Assembly: GCA_000320545.1 (NCBI GenBank)
Contig: ADNK01001329.1
Coordinates: 1 to 64,000, forward strand
DNA from: Bigelowiella natans CCMP2755
Lineage: Eukaryota; Protista; Cercozoa
Length of the DNA: 64,000 bases
Direction: 5' to 3'
Below are positions 12,963 through 26,795 of the stretch, piece after piece. Below the pieces are notes generated by a model, which saw only the letters and a program-made list of their open reading frames with translations, made no database searches and had not been told where the DNA came from. A program made the translations under genes and the position numbers. The number at the start of each line of letters is the position of its first letter. The first letter of the stretch is position 1.

Positions 12963-14868
12963 AGAGGAAGGAGACGTGTAAAAGTTGCATGTACCTCGAT
13001 CTCACAAGACTATGCTTGGTGTCTGTCTTCCTTGGATACTACTCTGTTGTTGTTGTTATTCAAAGCGAGGGTTTCACATTATCAATATGATAGTGATATG
13101 CTGCAACGTATTATTCGTCGCCGTGTATAGAGAAGACCTCAAGCCGTCTCTCCCCAACAGCATGAGGTAGCTATTTGAACGGTATATCTTCTGTTTTTTA
13201 GCGGTATCTTGAGGTCATTTATTTGTTCTATTTGTCTCAATATTCTCAGATTTACAAATTGCGCGTTCGTGGCTTTTGGGATATTCTTCGTCATCATTAT
13301 GATGCTAGGGGAACAAAATGTAGATTTATCGACCAACGATGTCCATAACGTCAATTAGCAATATTATTGAAAGGGTGTTTTGTGTGTTCATTTCCAGATC
13401 AAAAAGCACGCATTTGATGCTGTACTAGTCGGCACATGTGCAATTCTCCAATCGGTGGTGATTACTCTCGATGCAAGAGGTCAAAACTTCTCTTACTTCC
13501 AAGAATAGCTTTCAGAATTTAACTTTGGTCCCACTACCGCAGGATACTATAGCGAACAATGGGAAAGCTGTGTTCATTTTTTAATGGCTTTCCGGTTACT
13601 TACATTGCCTGCAATTAAAAGTAAAAATCAAATAATGTTCCAAATATGAGTGATTCCCCTTCTGATTCGTGAATTGTGTGTTTGGGATCTACGTCCATGT
13701 CCGTTCTCAGCATGGCTGTACAGTCTGTACCAATTGAACAAAATGTTACTCAACACGTACTGGGCTATCATCTTCAACCTCATCCTTCTTATCACTCTCA
13801 TCTCTTACAGGTGTGCTCTAACGTTTCCGCAATAATATGTAAACTTTTTCCCCTTAATTTGTTGAGAAGGGACACGTGAAGAAATGCTCTTGTATTTTTT
13901 CTTAGTTTTGCATCGATCGGAAATCTGGCGTTTTGTGGGAAGTTAGACGGGGACCCCGATTACATAGATTCTGAAGCTACATTTGACACACTCACAAGGT
14001 CATAATAAGTCAATTGGCTATAACGTCAGTGATATGAGAGATTTCTTGCTGATCATTGTAAAGGAGCTCATCTCATTCGCATTGCAACATCTAAGCTACT
14101 TACCTGATTTCAGATCGATGGTGAGCATGTTTCAAATCTTCTCTACAAACAATTGGAACGACGTCATGTTCGGAGTTGCGAATAAGACTAATCTATGGTT
14201 GGGACAATCGATTATCTTGTTTTCTAATGAATGTATTTTTAAAATTACAGAATGGTTTTGTCATATAGGTCAACGGTATTCTTCATTACATATTTCATAG
14301 CCATAAACATTGTGGTGGTGAATCTCTTTGTCGCTTTGATATGCGACATGATATCAGCTCACTGGCGCCGGGTAACATATTATTATAATTTAATAATTTT
14401 CGTATATTGTTCCATTATTTCCTTTCTTCAGTTTGCTCCCAGATCGTTCGTATACATCATAATGATTTCTACACAGCAATGATTTCACTTTTCCATTCAG
14501 GGTAACGAGGGCGAGGAAAGTCGGCAAGATCTGATGGAAAAGCTAAGGCAAACTCAACGGGGGCAGGTCTCAGAAATATCTCTTGAAATGCCATTAAAAG
14601 ATTTTGACACCTGGCTGTTTTGTAAGGGATTTTTCGGTGGATTTGCACAAGTAGCAAAAGTTCTGATGGCTGAGAATGAGGTTCCAGAGTCTTAAAATTT
14701 GCATGGTTCAAATTATAACTATACATCTTTTTTTGGTGGCAGGAGAAGCAACCTTCTGGATTGACTTCAGCAGCTCCACCGCCACTCTCTGCAATGAAAA
14801 GACGATCACTAGTTAATTTGTTTGACAATCAAAATGAGGCTAATTTATCCACCAGGATTTCAACGTGA
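10411..14868 (+). CDS. Two-pore cation channel (TPC) paralogue A with a long low-complexity N-terminus
   Basis: The 856-aa ORF carries a 6TM domain I (S4-like MRPLLLISWRR; pore FVLLTTENYPNCLYP). Downstream small exons give the domain II pore MFQIFSTNNWNDVM and S6 FFITYFIAINIVVVNLFVALI. Probable stop TGA at 14866-14868. Confidence 0.85.
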
Positions 14869-15299
14869 ATCAAACAAACATAACCCAGGGATGAAATTCG
14901 AAGCATTCTATGTGCACTTTTGTTGCGTTTATTAGCGATTCGATAGCAAAATGTTCACATCGAATGCATGCAGCCAGCCATTGGTCAACGGCAGATGAAG
15001 GCCGAACACAATTTTGCTGCGCACATGGTCATGGCGACAGCCTACACAGGTAGCGCCACAGACTCGTCACTGCAGGCAGAGCATCAGTGTCTCACAGCGC
15101 ATGCACTAGTGCACATAGCTAGATGGTCGCGCCATGGCAGCCACGTTGCCTGCACTCAGTTGTTAGCTAACAACTACCATGTTACAGGCTGCGGCGGGTG
15201 CAGACCTAGCTGCCTGCATGACTACGACATCGCATCAGTGAAATCGATCAGCAATCACATGCACTAGAACTGGAGCTGCATAGTTGGGCACAAGTGATT

Positions 15300-16690
15300 T
15301 TTTTTGTTTGGAAATGTTTTTGTTTTTCCTGCACGCGCAAGTGTTCGATTTGAACAAACAATGCCCACACGTCGCGAAACTGGTGCTCGATTCGTTCAAA
15401 CAATGTTCGAACTCAGAGAAATGTCGTGAGGTTGCGCTGAGATCACGTGTTGGTGCACGTAGCACCATGTGTGCACGTGACATGCCCTTCGCAACGGCAA
15501 CGATCCAAGTCCATGAAACCACGGTGGCGTCAACATGCAGGTGACACGTTGGCTGCACATGGTCAAAAGCATCGTGTCAAGAGATGCGCACGCTGATCGA
15601 TCACAAGTCCGTCAAACCCGGTGACGACGGGGTTGTGAACAGTGCAGCGCTTTGCGACGCGCTTTGAAGCAGCAGGCAGTTGCAGTTAGTCAAAGAAAAG
15701 TCATCAGAACTTGTCCGATGGCCAAACCTGAAAAAATGACCGAAATGTTGACCAAAATGTCCATTTTCAAGGCCTCAAAGTGTGAAAATTCACACCCGCG
15801 TTGTGCAGCGGATGCACGCTGCGCGTTTGTTCTCTGCCACATTTTGAATGCTTTTGCGTGTGCGTTTGACCAAGTGTGACATGCACGAAAAATTTCAAAG
15901 AAATGCGAGCAAATCCAATGTCCATTGCATCACATGACGCGCTTGGTCGCGCGCAAAAGCTTCCAAATGCACATTCTGGCGATTGGTTACAGGTTTGACG
16001 GACTTGTGATGGAAGTGAGCGACTCTAGCGACTGCAAGCAGATGAGCCGTTCAAGCATGCTAGCATGCGACAGCAGAGGACGCGAAGCAGCATCAAGTCA
16101 GTTTTTGTGGCAGCAAGTGACGCACTTGTGTGTGTCAGGCGTGTGCCTGACACCAGCTTGCATGTGTGCGGCAGCACAAACAGAGCCAGCACATTCAAAT
16201 GATGATTTCGAAGTGGCCCGCTAGCCCGCCAAGCAGAGCGGTGAGTGTGGCATCTCACTTGCACACGTTTGCGTGAATGAAATCAATGTTTTCAATCATC
16301 ATCAGGTTTTTTGTCTAGTTTGTCCACTCTCTCGTGCCACCTGGCAATTGTGGCAGCGCCGGTTTTGCGCTCGCATCAATTTCGCTCGAATGTTTGCAAA
16401 CACTTTCCTGTGGAATTGTTTGCAAACAATTTGAAACGTTTTCGAATGCGTCACTGAAACAACTGACCAATCCCCTTCACCTTTGATTGGGGTTGCACGT
16501 GCAGGCTTTCATCGTTTGTGCAGCCTTGCATGCTTGTGCGCAACAAGTGCTTTGATCTTGCATGCTCGCATCGCGCGCTGCACTTGCACTTTGTCGTGCT
16601 CTGCATGCATGCATGTGCACACACGTGTGCATGACGCCGCTCATCACAAATGCAGAAGCAAGAGCTCGCACTGCGATGCTGTGCGCAAAG
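15300..16690. other. TpA-depleted intergenic island 2 (possibly a decayed repeat or non-autonomous element)
   Basis: About 7 TpA in ~1.39 kb (4 CTAG, GTAG, TTAG, TTAC). Partially depleted, CTAG-rich shoulders at ~14950-15300 and ~16690-17250. Confidence 0.9.
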
Positions 16691-17280
16691 CTACTATGCT
16701 AGCATGCTACATCAGGATGACCATTGAAAAGATTTAATCACTTCATTACATCATCCGTCTCACATATCGCTATCCAGATGTGCTTAGCTTGCTGTGACGC
16801 TTGGCGAGGCACAACATTGGCAGCCTAATCTAGTAATAATGTGCACATGCATGCGCACAGCTACGCTAGCGCATTAAGCAGATGTAGCATTGCATGATGA
16901 AGCTAAAAGGCGGTGCGAGCTAAAGTATAGCATGACCGTAGCACATCTCGCACCGCTCCACGTAGCACGTTTTGCTCATTTGTTTCAAAATATCTGGTCA
17001 ATCAAAGCTAAAGACATGCTTCCAAAAAAGTGGAAACTTAAATGCCCGTCTCAACCAACATTAGGGTTGTACACGCATAACCCATGATATAATCCAACAT
17101 GGATGCTATTCTGAGCTATGTACACAGCAACTTTGTCACCCATGTATCCATCCATGCACACGACTGCTTAGCACACTTGGACTTTGTTCACTGCGATTGA
17201 TTATCAATTCGACGAGTTGCATGTGTCGTCGTTAGAGGTAAGAAGCTTGACATGTCAAGTCTGTGCTGTTACTATCCTTC

Positions 17281-19134
17281 CTAGCACGGTCTCTCCCTGA
17301 TAACATCACGAAATGTGGAAAAATTTACCAAACCCCGATTGAATTAGGTGTTTCTAATATATGTATAAACATGCATCAACATGACAATCCTGGTACTATT
17401 ACGATGAAAACGATGTGCTACCAACGTTCTTGTTTATACGATGCTGTATTGCTTATTGCTGCTGCTGCGTAGTAGTAGTATCAAGAGATTCTGTTGTAGT
17501 ATCACTTTGATGATGCTCACGTGCAACAAACAGCAGCACCGACAAGAACGACAATGCTACTACTACCGTTGTTACAACAATATTTTCTTACTTACTACCA
17601 GCTTGTTGCCCCTGAAAGAGTGTTGACATAGTACGTAGTTCCTGAACCCTGATGATATTGATGATGATGATGATGATCATCATGATGATGATGATCATCA
17701 TCATGGACGATGGCCACGATTACACAAATACACCAATGCTTTACATAAATCATCAAACACCCGGGAAATATGATGGGAAACAGTCGCCAAGATTCGTGCT
17801 ACATATCAGCTAGGCGTATTTCCTCATCGATGAATTCGTGCTACATATCAGCTAGGCGTGCTACATATCAGCTAGGCGTATTTCCTCATCGATGTTCATC
17901 ATAAAGCCTCATCATCATCATCATCAATGACACCTAGTCCCCCTCCCCCCCCCCCCCTCTCCTCCTCCTCCTCCTCCTCCTATACCTCGTCCATTCTCTC
18001 CACCCAGTGTGGTGGTAGGGATCCTGCAATCTGTGATATACGGGTAATGAATTAGCACCAAGAGCATCGACTTTCAGGAAGTTAATTTAACATTCAAATA
18101 TGTCCTCCTCCTCCTCCTCCACCACCACCTCCTCCTCCTATCTATGACTTACCACCACCACCATCACAATCACCACAACCACAACCTGGGCTTTGGCTTG
18201 GGATACGACCGCATCTTTTACGGGATTCTAGAGGTTGATCACAGCATGATGAGGACGACGGACGATTATGATGATTATGATATAACCCGAACTCCAGGAT
18301 TCGATAGAGGTGGTTTGGCGAAACTGGACGCAACTACCATATTCATGACAACCGCCAGCAGGACAGCACAAGGTCCCGTCGTTATTTGTATCAACACCAT
18401 CATTATCAACACCATCATGAGAATGGGAAACACTGATGAAGCACGCACCTACTTCCCCATCGTTGTCGTCATCACTATCACCATCTCATCTCACAAAACT
18501 ACTCTCCTCCTCCTCCTCCTCCTCCTCCTCCTCCTTCTCTTACTACTACTACTACTACTACTAGTGCTGCCACCTGGGTCGAGGAGAGGTTCTTTGGAAT
18601 CTGCTTGACCTGCTATATTGTCCGTCTTAGTTTCGTACTTCCCTGCAGCGTGGTTCTCCTTCAACAACAGAAAGAAAATAGTCGTTCACACCATGATAAT
18701 TAGACAGCAGATAGCAGCAAAGGGAGGATGATGATGAGCTTAAGACACACCACCACCACCACCACAATAACAACAGCAATTACTGATATTAATACAAAAA
18801 ATACTGCCAATACCACCTGCTCTCCCTCGTACAATTTCGCGCATGTGCATGCCAAGATCAGGTAAAAAGCGCCCTAAGCAAAGGAGACGCCGTCATTTTC
18901 CCAATTCTTAAATGCAGAAAAGCCAGCAACTTGATCAATCATCGTCGTCATTTTAGATAATCATCGTCATTACATCATCATCATCATCATCTCATCATCA
19001 TTGTCGTCACCCCTACCGGGCCAAATGCGAGGATCATGATTATATATCCCCACCAGGGCCATCCTACGCAACACAGCCAATAATTACGTGGGAAAATAAC
19101 AACGTCATGGTCTTCCTCCTCCTCTCCTTATGTT

Positions 19135-19170
<36 letters not shown>

Positions 19171-19401
19171 CGAAAGCTCTCATTCCGACAAATATATAGG
19201 ATAGACCCAATCCCATTGGCGTCTTCAAGAATGAGAAATAATACAGAAACCTGAATGCAATGTTACCAATTATGATGAGCAGGGGATCATCATCACGCAT
19301 ACGAGTAGAGAGAGAAGAAAATGGTGAAATCATTCACAACATATATCGTACATCTAAGTAAAGCACGCGCACGCGCGCGGGAGAGAGATAGATAGAGAGA
19401 T

Positions 19402-19446
<45 letters not shown>

Positions 19447-20129
19447 ACTTAATATGTGATAATAATTTAGTGTCGCTATATCTTTACATTCCAATTCGAA
19501 TTTCTGCTGCGAGGAATAGAGCCCCTAAGAATGATAGACAGTGAAATGATTGAAAAAGAATAAGTTGAGCTTTAACCGTAAACTTCACTCGTTTATACCG
19601 AAGATGATATAGAAGAGGCTATCTGTCAGCTGCCGCAAACCAGGTGAACCGACAAGCCCAATAGCACCAACAATTATCAAGGATGTCGCGCATAGGGCCC
19701 CTTCAATAGTACACACAAGCATCGTAGGAAAGACAGCAAGTAATAACGGCGGTGGGTGATCATATGATATTTTGTGGGAGATTTTGGGAGGGGAGATGGA
19801 CTGATGGCATTCTTCTAGCCATCAATCGAAATAAATATGATCTGGTTCTAATTAATGGCCATCATCACTGCGTACCGATAATTCGTACAGCAATGATGCT
19901 TTTTTTTGCGCACCTGGAGAACACAATTGTTGGATGAGTGACTGTGTGTGACATTGTTTTGATCGACGAAAGAACGATTTTCTCCACATTCATAAGTTCA
20001 TTGTAGCGGCATTTTCTATCTTTCAATCAGCTTATTAAATATGCAAAAATATGATTGTTAATATGATCTTATAACTTCTTATAACTTTATATAAGTACTT
20101 GCTGCTGCCATCGCCGTCATGGCTTCCAT
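17281..20129 (-). CDS. COPI-associated/Tvp15-like multi-pass membrane protein with a C-terminal WW domain
   Basis: Spliced exons give SLIIVGAIGLVG...LFYIIFGALFLAAEIRIG-FLYYFSFLKTPMGLGLSYIFVG (COPI_assoc-like FxFL..GxG..YIFVG). The C-terminus LPPHWVERMDE/GSGTTYYVNTLSGATSW/ERPC* matches the WW consensus. Stop at 17281-17283; start approximate. Confidence 0.7.
17793..17894. repeat. Intronic compound tandem repeat (A-B-A-A-B)
   Basis: A=cgtgctacatatcagctagg, B=cgtatttcctcatcgatg. Confidence 0.85.
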
Positions 20130-20859
20130 CGGTAACCTCCTGATATTCTCTTCTCGCGCTCATATCTGGTCCCCCACTTTTCAAGGCCAATTTCTTGCTC
20201 TAAATAGTTGGAAGCATGTAAAGGAGGATGGAAGCTAACAATCGTATGTAACACCAAACGAAGGAAAGGCTGACCGTTCCGAAATCGTATCTTTGGCCGC
20301 TACGATTCGATATTAAGGGATAAAAGTTGCTTCCTTAACTGCACAACTACTGCGTATCTTTAGAGAATAACGCTTTTGATATTGTCTCAAGTGAATATTG
20401 CAGGTAAAAAGTAAACATTTTTGGGAGAAGTTTTATACTTTTTTTGGCTAACTTGTGATTGGTTTTTAGGGTAGGGTAATTTGGTTGGTAGTTTTTGTCG
20501 GAAGTCGCAAATCCTTGAATGGACTCAACGAAATGTAGATGATAGACGATGGGAAACTACTCCAGCTGTTTAGGATAAATAGTGCATAAATTATTTCCAG
20601 AATTATGGGTGAAATTTTAATGTAAATCAGTACGTAAAATATTGTCCGTAAGCCTACATCTGATTATTGTATGTGCAAAATAGGATCTAATTTTAAATAT
20701 GATTAATATACTAACAACACTAATTGCAAAAGCTTCAGAAAATCTCGATAACATCGTAGAAGTTTTGATCTACTCGTTTGCTGGCCCATCCCCCACCCAC
20801 CTGAGCCTCAGATAACTGTATCGGGGGGGACGGACGAAAAGGAGAACCAGCTTACGGAA

Positions 20860-21147
20860 ATGATGGCTACCCAAACTTCTCGTATGGCAAAATTCTAGTG
20901 AGGCATAATATTATCCGGCAGGTCCTCACCGTCAGAGCACAACAGCATGCAAGAGCACAAGCGCAAAGACATTCTGGATTTGGTGGGCAGAAGGACAAAA
21001 TGAGGCGGGGGCTGGTCCAAGCTCTGTGGCTCATCATACTCTTCATGTATTATCGTCGCATTTTACACCTCCTCGAGAAACACTTCATGTATTATCGTCG
21101 CATTTTACACATCCTCGAGAAACACTCGTTGGAGAAAAGAAAGAATG

Positions 21148-21181
<34 letters not shown>

Positions 21182-22199
21182 TCCTGAAAATAAACGTTTC
21201 AACACAGCTACAATTTTTTGTTGTACTAGGGTATCATATTTCGGAAATCAATACCCTAAGCGTGCATTGTTGCCACCACGAAATACGGGCCAGAAGCTGA
21301 AGATGTGCTTGGACTTTATTCGCAAATGTCGTGGTGGTGGTGGTGGTGGTTATAGCGAAGAGTTGTCTGGTCATTTGGGACATAAGCGTAGAAGGAGAGA
21401 AGAGGCACAAGAGCCCTCTTATGTCGTTGAGATGGAGACCGAGAATTCAGGAGATACGGTGGAAGTTGGATCCAAGAGCACGGTCGACGATGATGACTGC
21501 TACAATCATTATCCTTCCAGAAAGCCGCAAGTCGCCAAAGGCGAAGAGGAAAGTCAGAATAATGATGGATACAGTGATGCTTCCCTAGAGGTCGCTTTAG
21601 ATTCGGATGGATTTAAGATAATGGGTCCTAATTATGGGAGGACACCCAGTCCCTGCACATACTTCAAGTGCAACTGTGAAGGCAGCTGCTGCGAAAATGG
21701 TATGTGCATTATTATTATTAACTCTTTTCGTGGGGCCCATTGCATCATGCTACGTTCTCAACTAGGTTTCCCACAACGGAGAAGCAATCGACTGAAGAAA
21801 AGCGTGAAACACGTGGAAACCCTTATGGGAATGAAGGCCACTGTAATGATGACAGTCTAATAATTGCACTCCTTCGATGTTTCCTCAACTTCAGCTTTTT
21901 ATCCTACTTAGGGTTGGGATGATAGTGTGTCGTTGCATGGACTATCTTCATCTGACTCAGAAGCCTCTTTACAATGGCACCCAGCGGAATATAATATCTC
22001 TGATGGATCCGTCATTCGTCCTGGGTATACAGAGTTTGTGAACAGAACGTCAAGGAGGCTGGCGCGGAAGAACAAAATGGCGAGGCAAGCTGCTTGGTTG
22101 GACAGGGTATGGCCTCCTTCAACTGAATGGTTGGAAAAACGTGCAGCGGAATCAGCGCGTGGTAAGAAATCCTAGGGAAACAGATCGCTTGCAAATGCG

Positions 22200-22231
<32 letters not shown>

Positions 22232-23987
22232 TCGACAATATATGTTGTAGAGTGTGTTTAGTGTTGCATCGCCGTCGCTCCCTGTCTGTCTCTGAACAAC
22301 TACAATCTATGTTCTAGGGCCTCTATTACCGCTATTCTCGAAGTACCAAAAGAAGAGGCTTGAGGAAACAAAAGGCTACGGATTAAACTGTGATGGAGCA
22401 ACGATGGACCTAGCATGGACACCCAATTCTAGCGTGGTTCCGCGTATTGCTCTCCCAAAGCTGTTGTCCAGATACAACGGCGCTACCAACGCTTCACAAC
22501 CACCTGCTAGGATGCTGACTTGGAACACCGAAAACATGACATGCTGTGAAATGACAAGAATCTTGAAAGGATACATCAGTAATTCAACACTTGCTCGACG
22601 TCTCAACGTGACGTATGAATCGGTGGGACTATGCCTTGGAGCATAAAATTGTTGTATTCTTTCTGATTTATCTATGAATGCATTCTCTTATTTCTTGTCT
22701 GGAAGGTACTCGATACCATGGAAATGATGGCAGGACAGGAGAAGTCTGAATCCCGAAGAGCTGCGAGATTGGGGAAGGTGAGTCGATGCTGGTGTCTTGG
22801 TTTGCTGCCCTTTCTCTGGAAATGAATAGATGCATCGTTTTAACTGCAATATTTATGATTGTTGCAGAAATTCGTCTTGCCCCAAAATCTTGACGATATC
22901 TTGCTTGTACCCCCTAACTGGGAGCCTGGTAATTTTCTTCCGTAGAATTTAGCCCTTCCCTTAAACATCGTTTGCGCTTGTTCCCTCTGGACGCTAACAA
23001 TGCGCCATCTCTTATTTTGGAACTACTATCAGGCCCTAATGATTTGTGGGATTACAGATACCCCATTCCCTTACCACTTTTTAAAGGGAAGAAACTTCCA
23101 TATGTTGCCATCGCTCTGAAGCGCCCCCCCGTTCATATGGTATTCTAGACACTGTTGACGCATGATAGCGGTTTGAGGATGTTAACGACAATGCCTTCTT
23201 TCGCATTATTAGGTCGAAAACGTCTGGCCCGCTGAGGACTCAGAAGAGTAGTCTTCCTTTCACTTTAGCAATAGATTTAACAGGAATCTTATTATCTTGT
23301 TTTAACATGCACCTAAGGTACAAAAGCGGGGACTCTTCGGAATCTATGGAGGCGGAAGATGGCGACGTTGAAAGTGCCCTTATCAATCCTGTCAGGTAAG
23401 ATGCCTTCGATATAGTAACTGCTCGCCATGGTGAATAACGCCATTGGGAATTACACTAAGCATTGCGATGGAAAAAAGGAAATAACATAGCAGAGTTCAT
23501 CCCATCAATCTGTAAAATGAAATGGATATTATAAAGTTAGAGAGAGACTTGAAATAACTTAAAGTAGTTGAATATTAAAATTTATGTTGGACTACATCGG
23601 TGTATTGTGGTGTCATCATCAGGCTTGTGATTATCTATGTATGTACAACCCTTTCTAGGAAAAGGAGGGTACCGAAGAGACGCCCTTTTGATGCTGCTGC
23701 TGAAATTCAGGTTAGTTCAACATCTTCGTTCACATCATCGATTCATGAGATCCTACTATTTTTGTCAGAAATTGGAACGAAGACGGGAAATGACGAAAGC
23801 AGAGAGTAATACATTGCATGATAATTCGCCTGTGCATTCATATAAATTAATCTTCATCGCATGGATCGATGTGCTACAACATAAATTTCAGATTATAACT
23901 TCCTTTAATTGCATGTGGTACGCCTATATAGAGAGGGCTTTGAGGAATCCTATGAAGCTTAAGATGTCCACGAGAGAATATTGGTGA
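20860..23987 (+). CDS. Multi-exon hypothetical protein, no family recognised
   Basis: In-phase GT-AG exon chain MMATQTSR..TFWIW/VSYFGNQYPKRALLPPRNTG...LPKLLSRYN...KFVLPQNLDDILLVPPNWEP/GPNDLWDYRYPIPLPLFKGKKLP. 3' end approximate. Confidence 0.6.
21041..21124. repeat. 42-bp tandem duplication (1 mismatch), probably intronic
   Basis: cttcatgtattatcgtcgcattttacac(c/a)tcctcgagaaaca x2, followed by (TG)n and an AG acceptor at ~21228. Confidence 0.9.
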
Positions 23988-24803
23988 TGATTATCTTAGC
24001 ATTCTAAAAATTACAAAGTGCTAAACGGACGACGAGCAACGATGATTATAGAGAAGTATCACAAGAGATGTGCGCATTGTATGGCATCTTGGGCATAAGG
24101 TCCAGTAATGTCGGGTTATTATTGGGTTGCTTCTGATTTCTTTTAGCAGTAAGTTCTTCTGTAGGATGTTCTGCAGGCAGCTCAGCAGTGCGCCCCTATA
24201 CATGTACATATAGAAGCATTACATCACGTCATCAAGTCAGTACAGGCAACGCTCTCGCGAAAGTTTGATTATCTATAATATTCTCAATATATGCAGCTGC
24301 ACATCGTAGCACGAACAACTTTATTCATTGCCACATTCCCTACACCTGCATGCGATATGCTGTATATAACTTGTGTTCGCTCGATCTTCGCCGGGCCTTA
24401 CGCCACCGATGCATGTACCTGCATAGGCTTGGTATTGCGCGCGCCGCTATGTAGCTATGTGTTTCAGCGCTACGATACACAGCAATAAGCACCATCGAAT
24501 CGCAGCTAGTGTGTATGACCGTATAAATAACTTATTTGGAGTAGGCGCATCCTAGCTAGCTTGATGCACATATGTCAGCGTCGCACATGCCAACAGCTTA
24601 TTCTAGTATATATTGTGTCCATACAGCATGCAGAATGGTGCAGGTAATACAGGATACTTCGGCTAAATCTATGTAATTATACTAGTATAGCTGAACGCGC
24701 AAGCTTGCTATGCCATCGATCACACTACACCACACATGCCACAACAGCGATTGGATTGACCATAGCACATCACAGCGTTGTAAATGCGTGCAAAGGCAAG
24801 CTA

Positions 24804-24845
<42 letters not shown>

Positions 24846-24926
24846 GGGGGGATCGGAGAGAAGGCATCACGTACTTATTTTATTATTAATAAGGTGCTAC
24901 ACGTACATCATACGCACAAATCCCAT

Positions 24927-25399
24927 TCATTTGCCTTCAAGTTCTGCAATACGAGCTTCAAGTTCAGCTACCTTCGCGCTAAGGGTCTGGCCAGATAGTA
25001 TTATATCCTAAGATATTCATGAGATGTTCATAATGTAGTCAGTGACTTGCCGAAAGATTCTGGCAAAACATTTCTTACGTTGTGAAGAGATTGGATATTT
25101 GACTCGACTCCTTCAGCTGCCTCGAAAATATCACGTCTCAGTGTGACATATCCAAAAGTGGCCGTCAACGCCACTCCCGCCATAAAAGCCCCGAGGCGCT
25201 GGGAGAATGTGGAACCCTTTGGAGCCACACTCTGCTTGTATGCGAGATTACAATCAGTGAATTGGGAACGTGAAATATTACAACTGACGAACCTGTGATG
25301 CAGCAGCCTGGTTTATGGGAGCAATCTCTTTCGAAAAACTCTTTTTAATTTACAAAATTAAATCACTTCAATGTCTTGAGCCCCGCGACCAATTCTCAT
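24927..25399 (-). CDS. Small single-pass membrane protein with a C-terminal coiled coil (possibly mitochondrial)
   Basis: GSTFSQRLGAFMAGVALTATFGYVTLRRDIFEAAEGVESNIQSLHN/TLSAKVAELEARIAELEGK*. Start tentative. Confidence 0.65.
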
Positions 25400-25740
25400 G
25401 ATATTACCCTGATTGTCCTGCGAGAGATGATCTTCGGGGCACAACGTGAAAGGGAGGACCACATTTTTTTAAATATGTTGTTCTAGGAAGGCTCCACGCT
25501 GTGAGAGGGTGACTGTTGGGTTGGATCTACGCACGCACGAGGAAGCTATAGCAGACGTCCCTGCAAGCCAGCACTTTGGAAATTAGAAGATTTACTATCA
25601 CTCGCTGTTTTCCTGTAATTATGTTGTCGTAGAGGTTTAATTACAGGTAAATCGGAATCATCCCCAGTTTACTGACTGAATCCCCGTCACTGCCAGTTGG
25701 TTGACGGGGATTTGCGATAACTCATTCATCAACAAGCGCG

Positions 25741-26795
25741 ATGATGGATGCAGAGATGGGGGCGGAGAGGAAGTCCGAAGCCTCGATTCGGAAGGGCCGT
25801 TCAAAGATGGAGATACGATCTATGGAGTGCCAGCGCGGGGTTCTTCATCAAAACGATGGCTCTGTTCGCTACTCTCAAGGTTGCTACAGATTCTCTTCGC
25901 GCGTCTGTGAAGATCCTCCTCCCTGATGATGTGATGCCTCCCCCCTTACAACATAGGTAACAGCTGTGTCATCGTCGCAGTCCAGGGTCCAATGAGGGTT
26001 CCCAGGAGAGAGGAAAAGATCGACGAGGCTACTGTTGAAATTCTCTTTAAGCCCATATCAGGGGCACAGAGTAAGTAGTCCATCAACCACACATACAAAA
26101 GACAAAAGCTCAGGGGGGTGGTGCTGCCTCGGATTTCTTGCCATGCTTTTTAATGACTCGATCTCTTATCCAGACGCAGAGCATCGTAACTATGAAGCAA
26201 TGTTGGAAGGATGTTTTTCGACGATGATCCTCAGCCATTGCCATCCCTGCACGAAGATTGGAATAGTCGTTCAAGTGGTTGAGGATGATGGCTCGGTAGA
26301 AAGAAGACCTCAATGCATAATACCAGATACTGTCCTAAACCTTCCAATTGTGTTTACATAGATCTTGGCCGTTGCCATCAATGGAGTGTGTTGCGCCTTG
26401 GTCGATGCCGGGATCCAATGCTCATCGCTTATAAATGCGATTTGTGTTGCCATTGACAAGGAGGATGATGACAGCATGCTGCTCGATCCAACTGCCAAAG
26501 AATTGCAGTCGGTCAAGTCCACAATAACCCTTGCATTTAGTAGCAAATCACCGGGTATCATCTTGTCCCAGACAACTGGCCTCCTTTCTGACAAAAGCTA
26601 CAACGACGCTATAAACGCGTCGAGAACTGTATGTCTCACCTTTCTCCTTCAACGAAGTTTGTACACCATAGCTAAACCTTGATGAATTGATTAGGTTGTT
26701 CATAAGAAAGTGCAAAATTTTGTGAGGCGCTTCTTCGACGGCGTGTTTTTGCGTTCTTCTGCTCCAAAGAAGACAAAAGGAACCAAAAACGGGTG
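25741..26795 (+). CDS. RRP46: Exosome complex RNase PH-like subunit Rrp46/EXOSC5
   Basis: IRSMECQRGVLHQNDGSVRYSQGNSCVIVAVQGP; HPCTKIGIVVQVVEDDGS-ILAVAINGVCCALVDAGI; LLDPTAKE. Confidence 0.85.

Noticed and set aside
15300-16690. Specific transposon family call for the islands
   Set aside because: No convincing TIR, LTR, TSD or transposase/RT motif could be identified by eye.
14968-16737. Cys/His-rich ORFs that resemble metal-binding proteins
   Set aside because: Artefact of TpA loss: few TAA/TAG stops and excess TGY/CAY codons in all six frames, with no coherent motif.
17793-17894. CRISPR-like repeat array
   Set aside because: Repeats are adjacent with no unique spacers, lie in a eukaryotic intron, and have no cas genes nearby.
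20898-21230. 14-aa repeat FMYYRRILHxLEKH in the 320-aa ORF
   Set aside because: It falls inside a probable GT-AG intron that also contains (TG)n; splicing around it keeps the frame.
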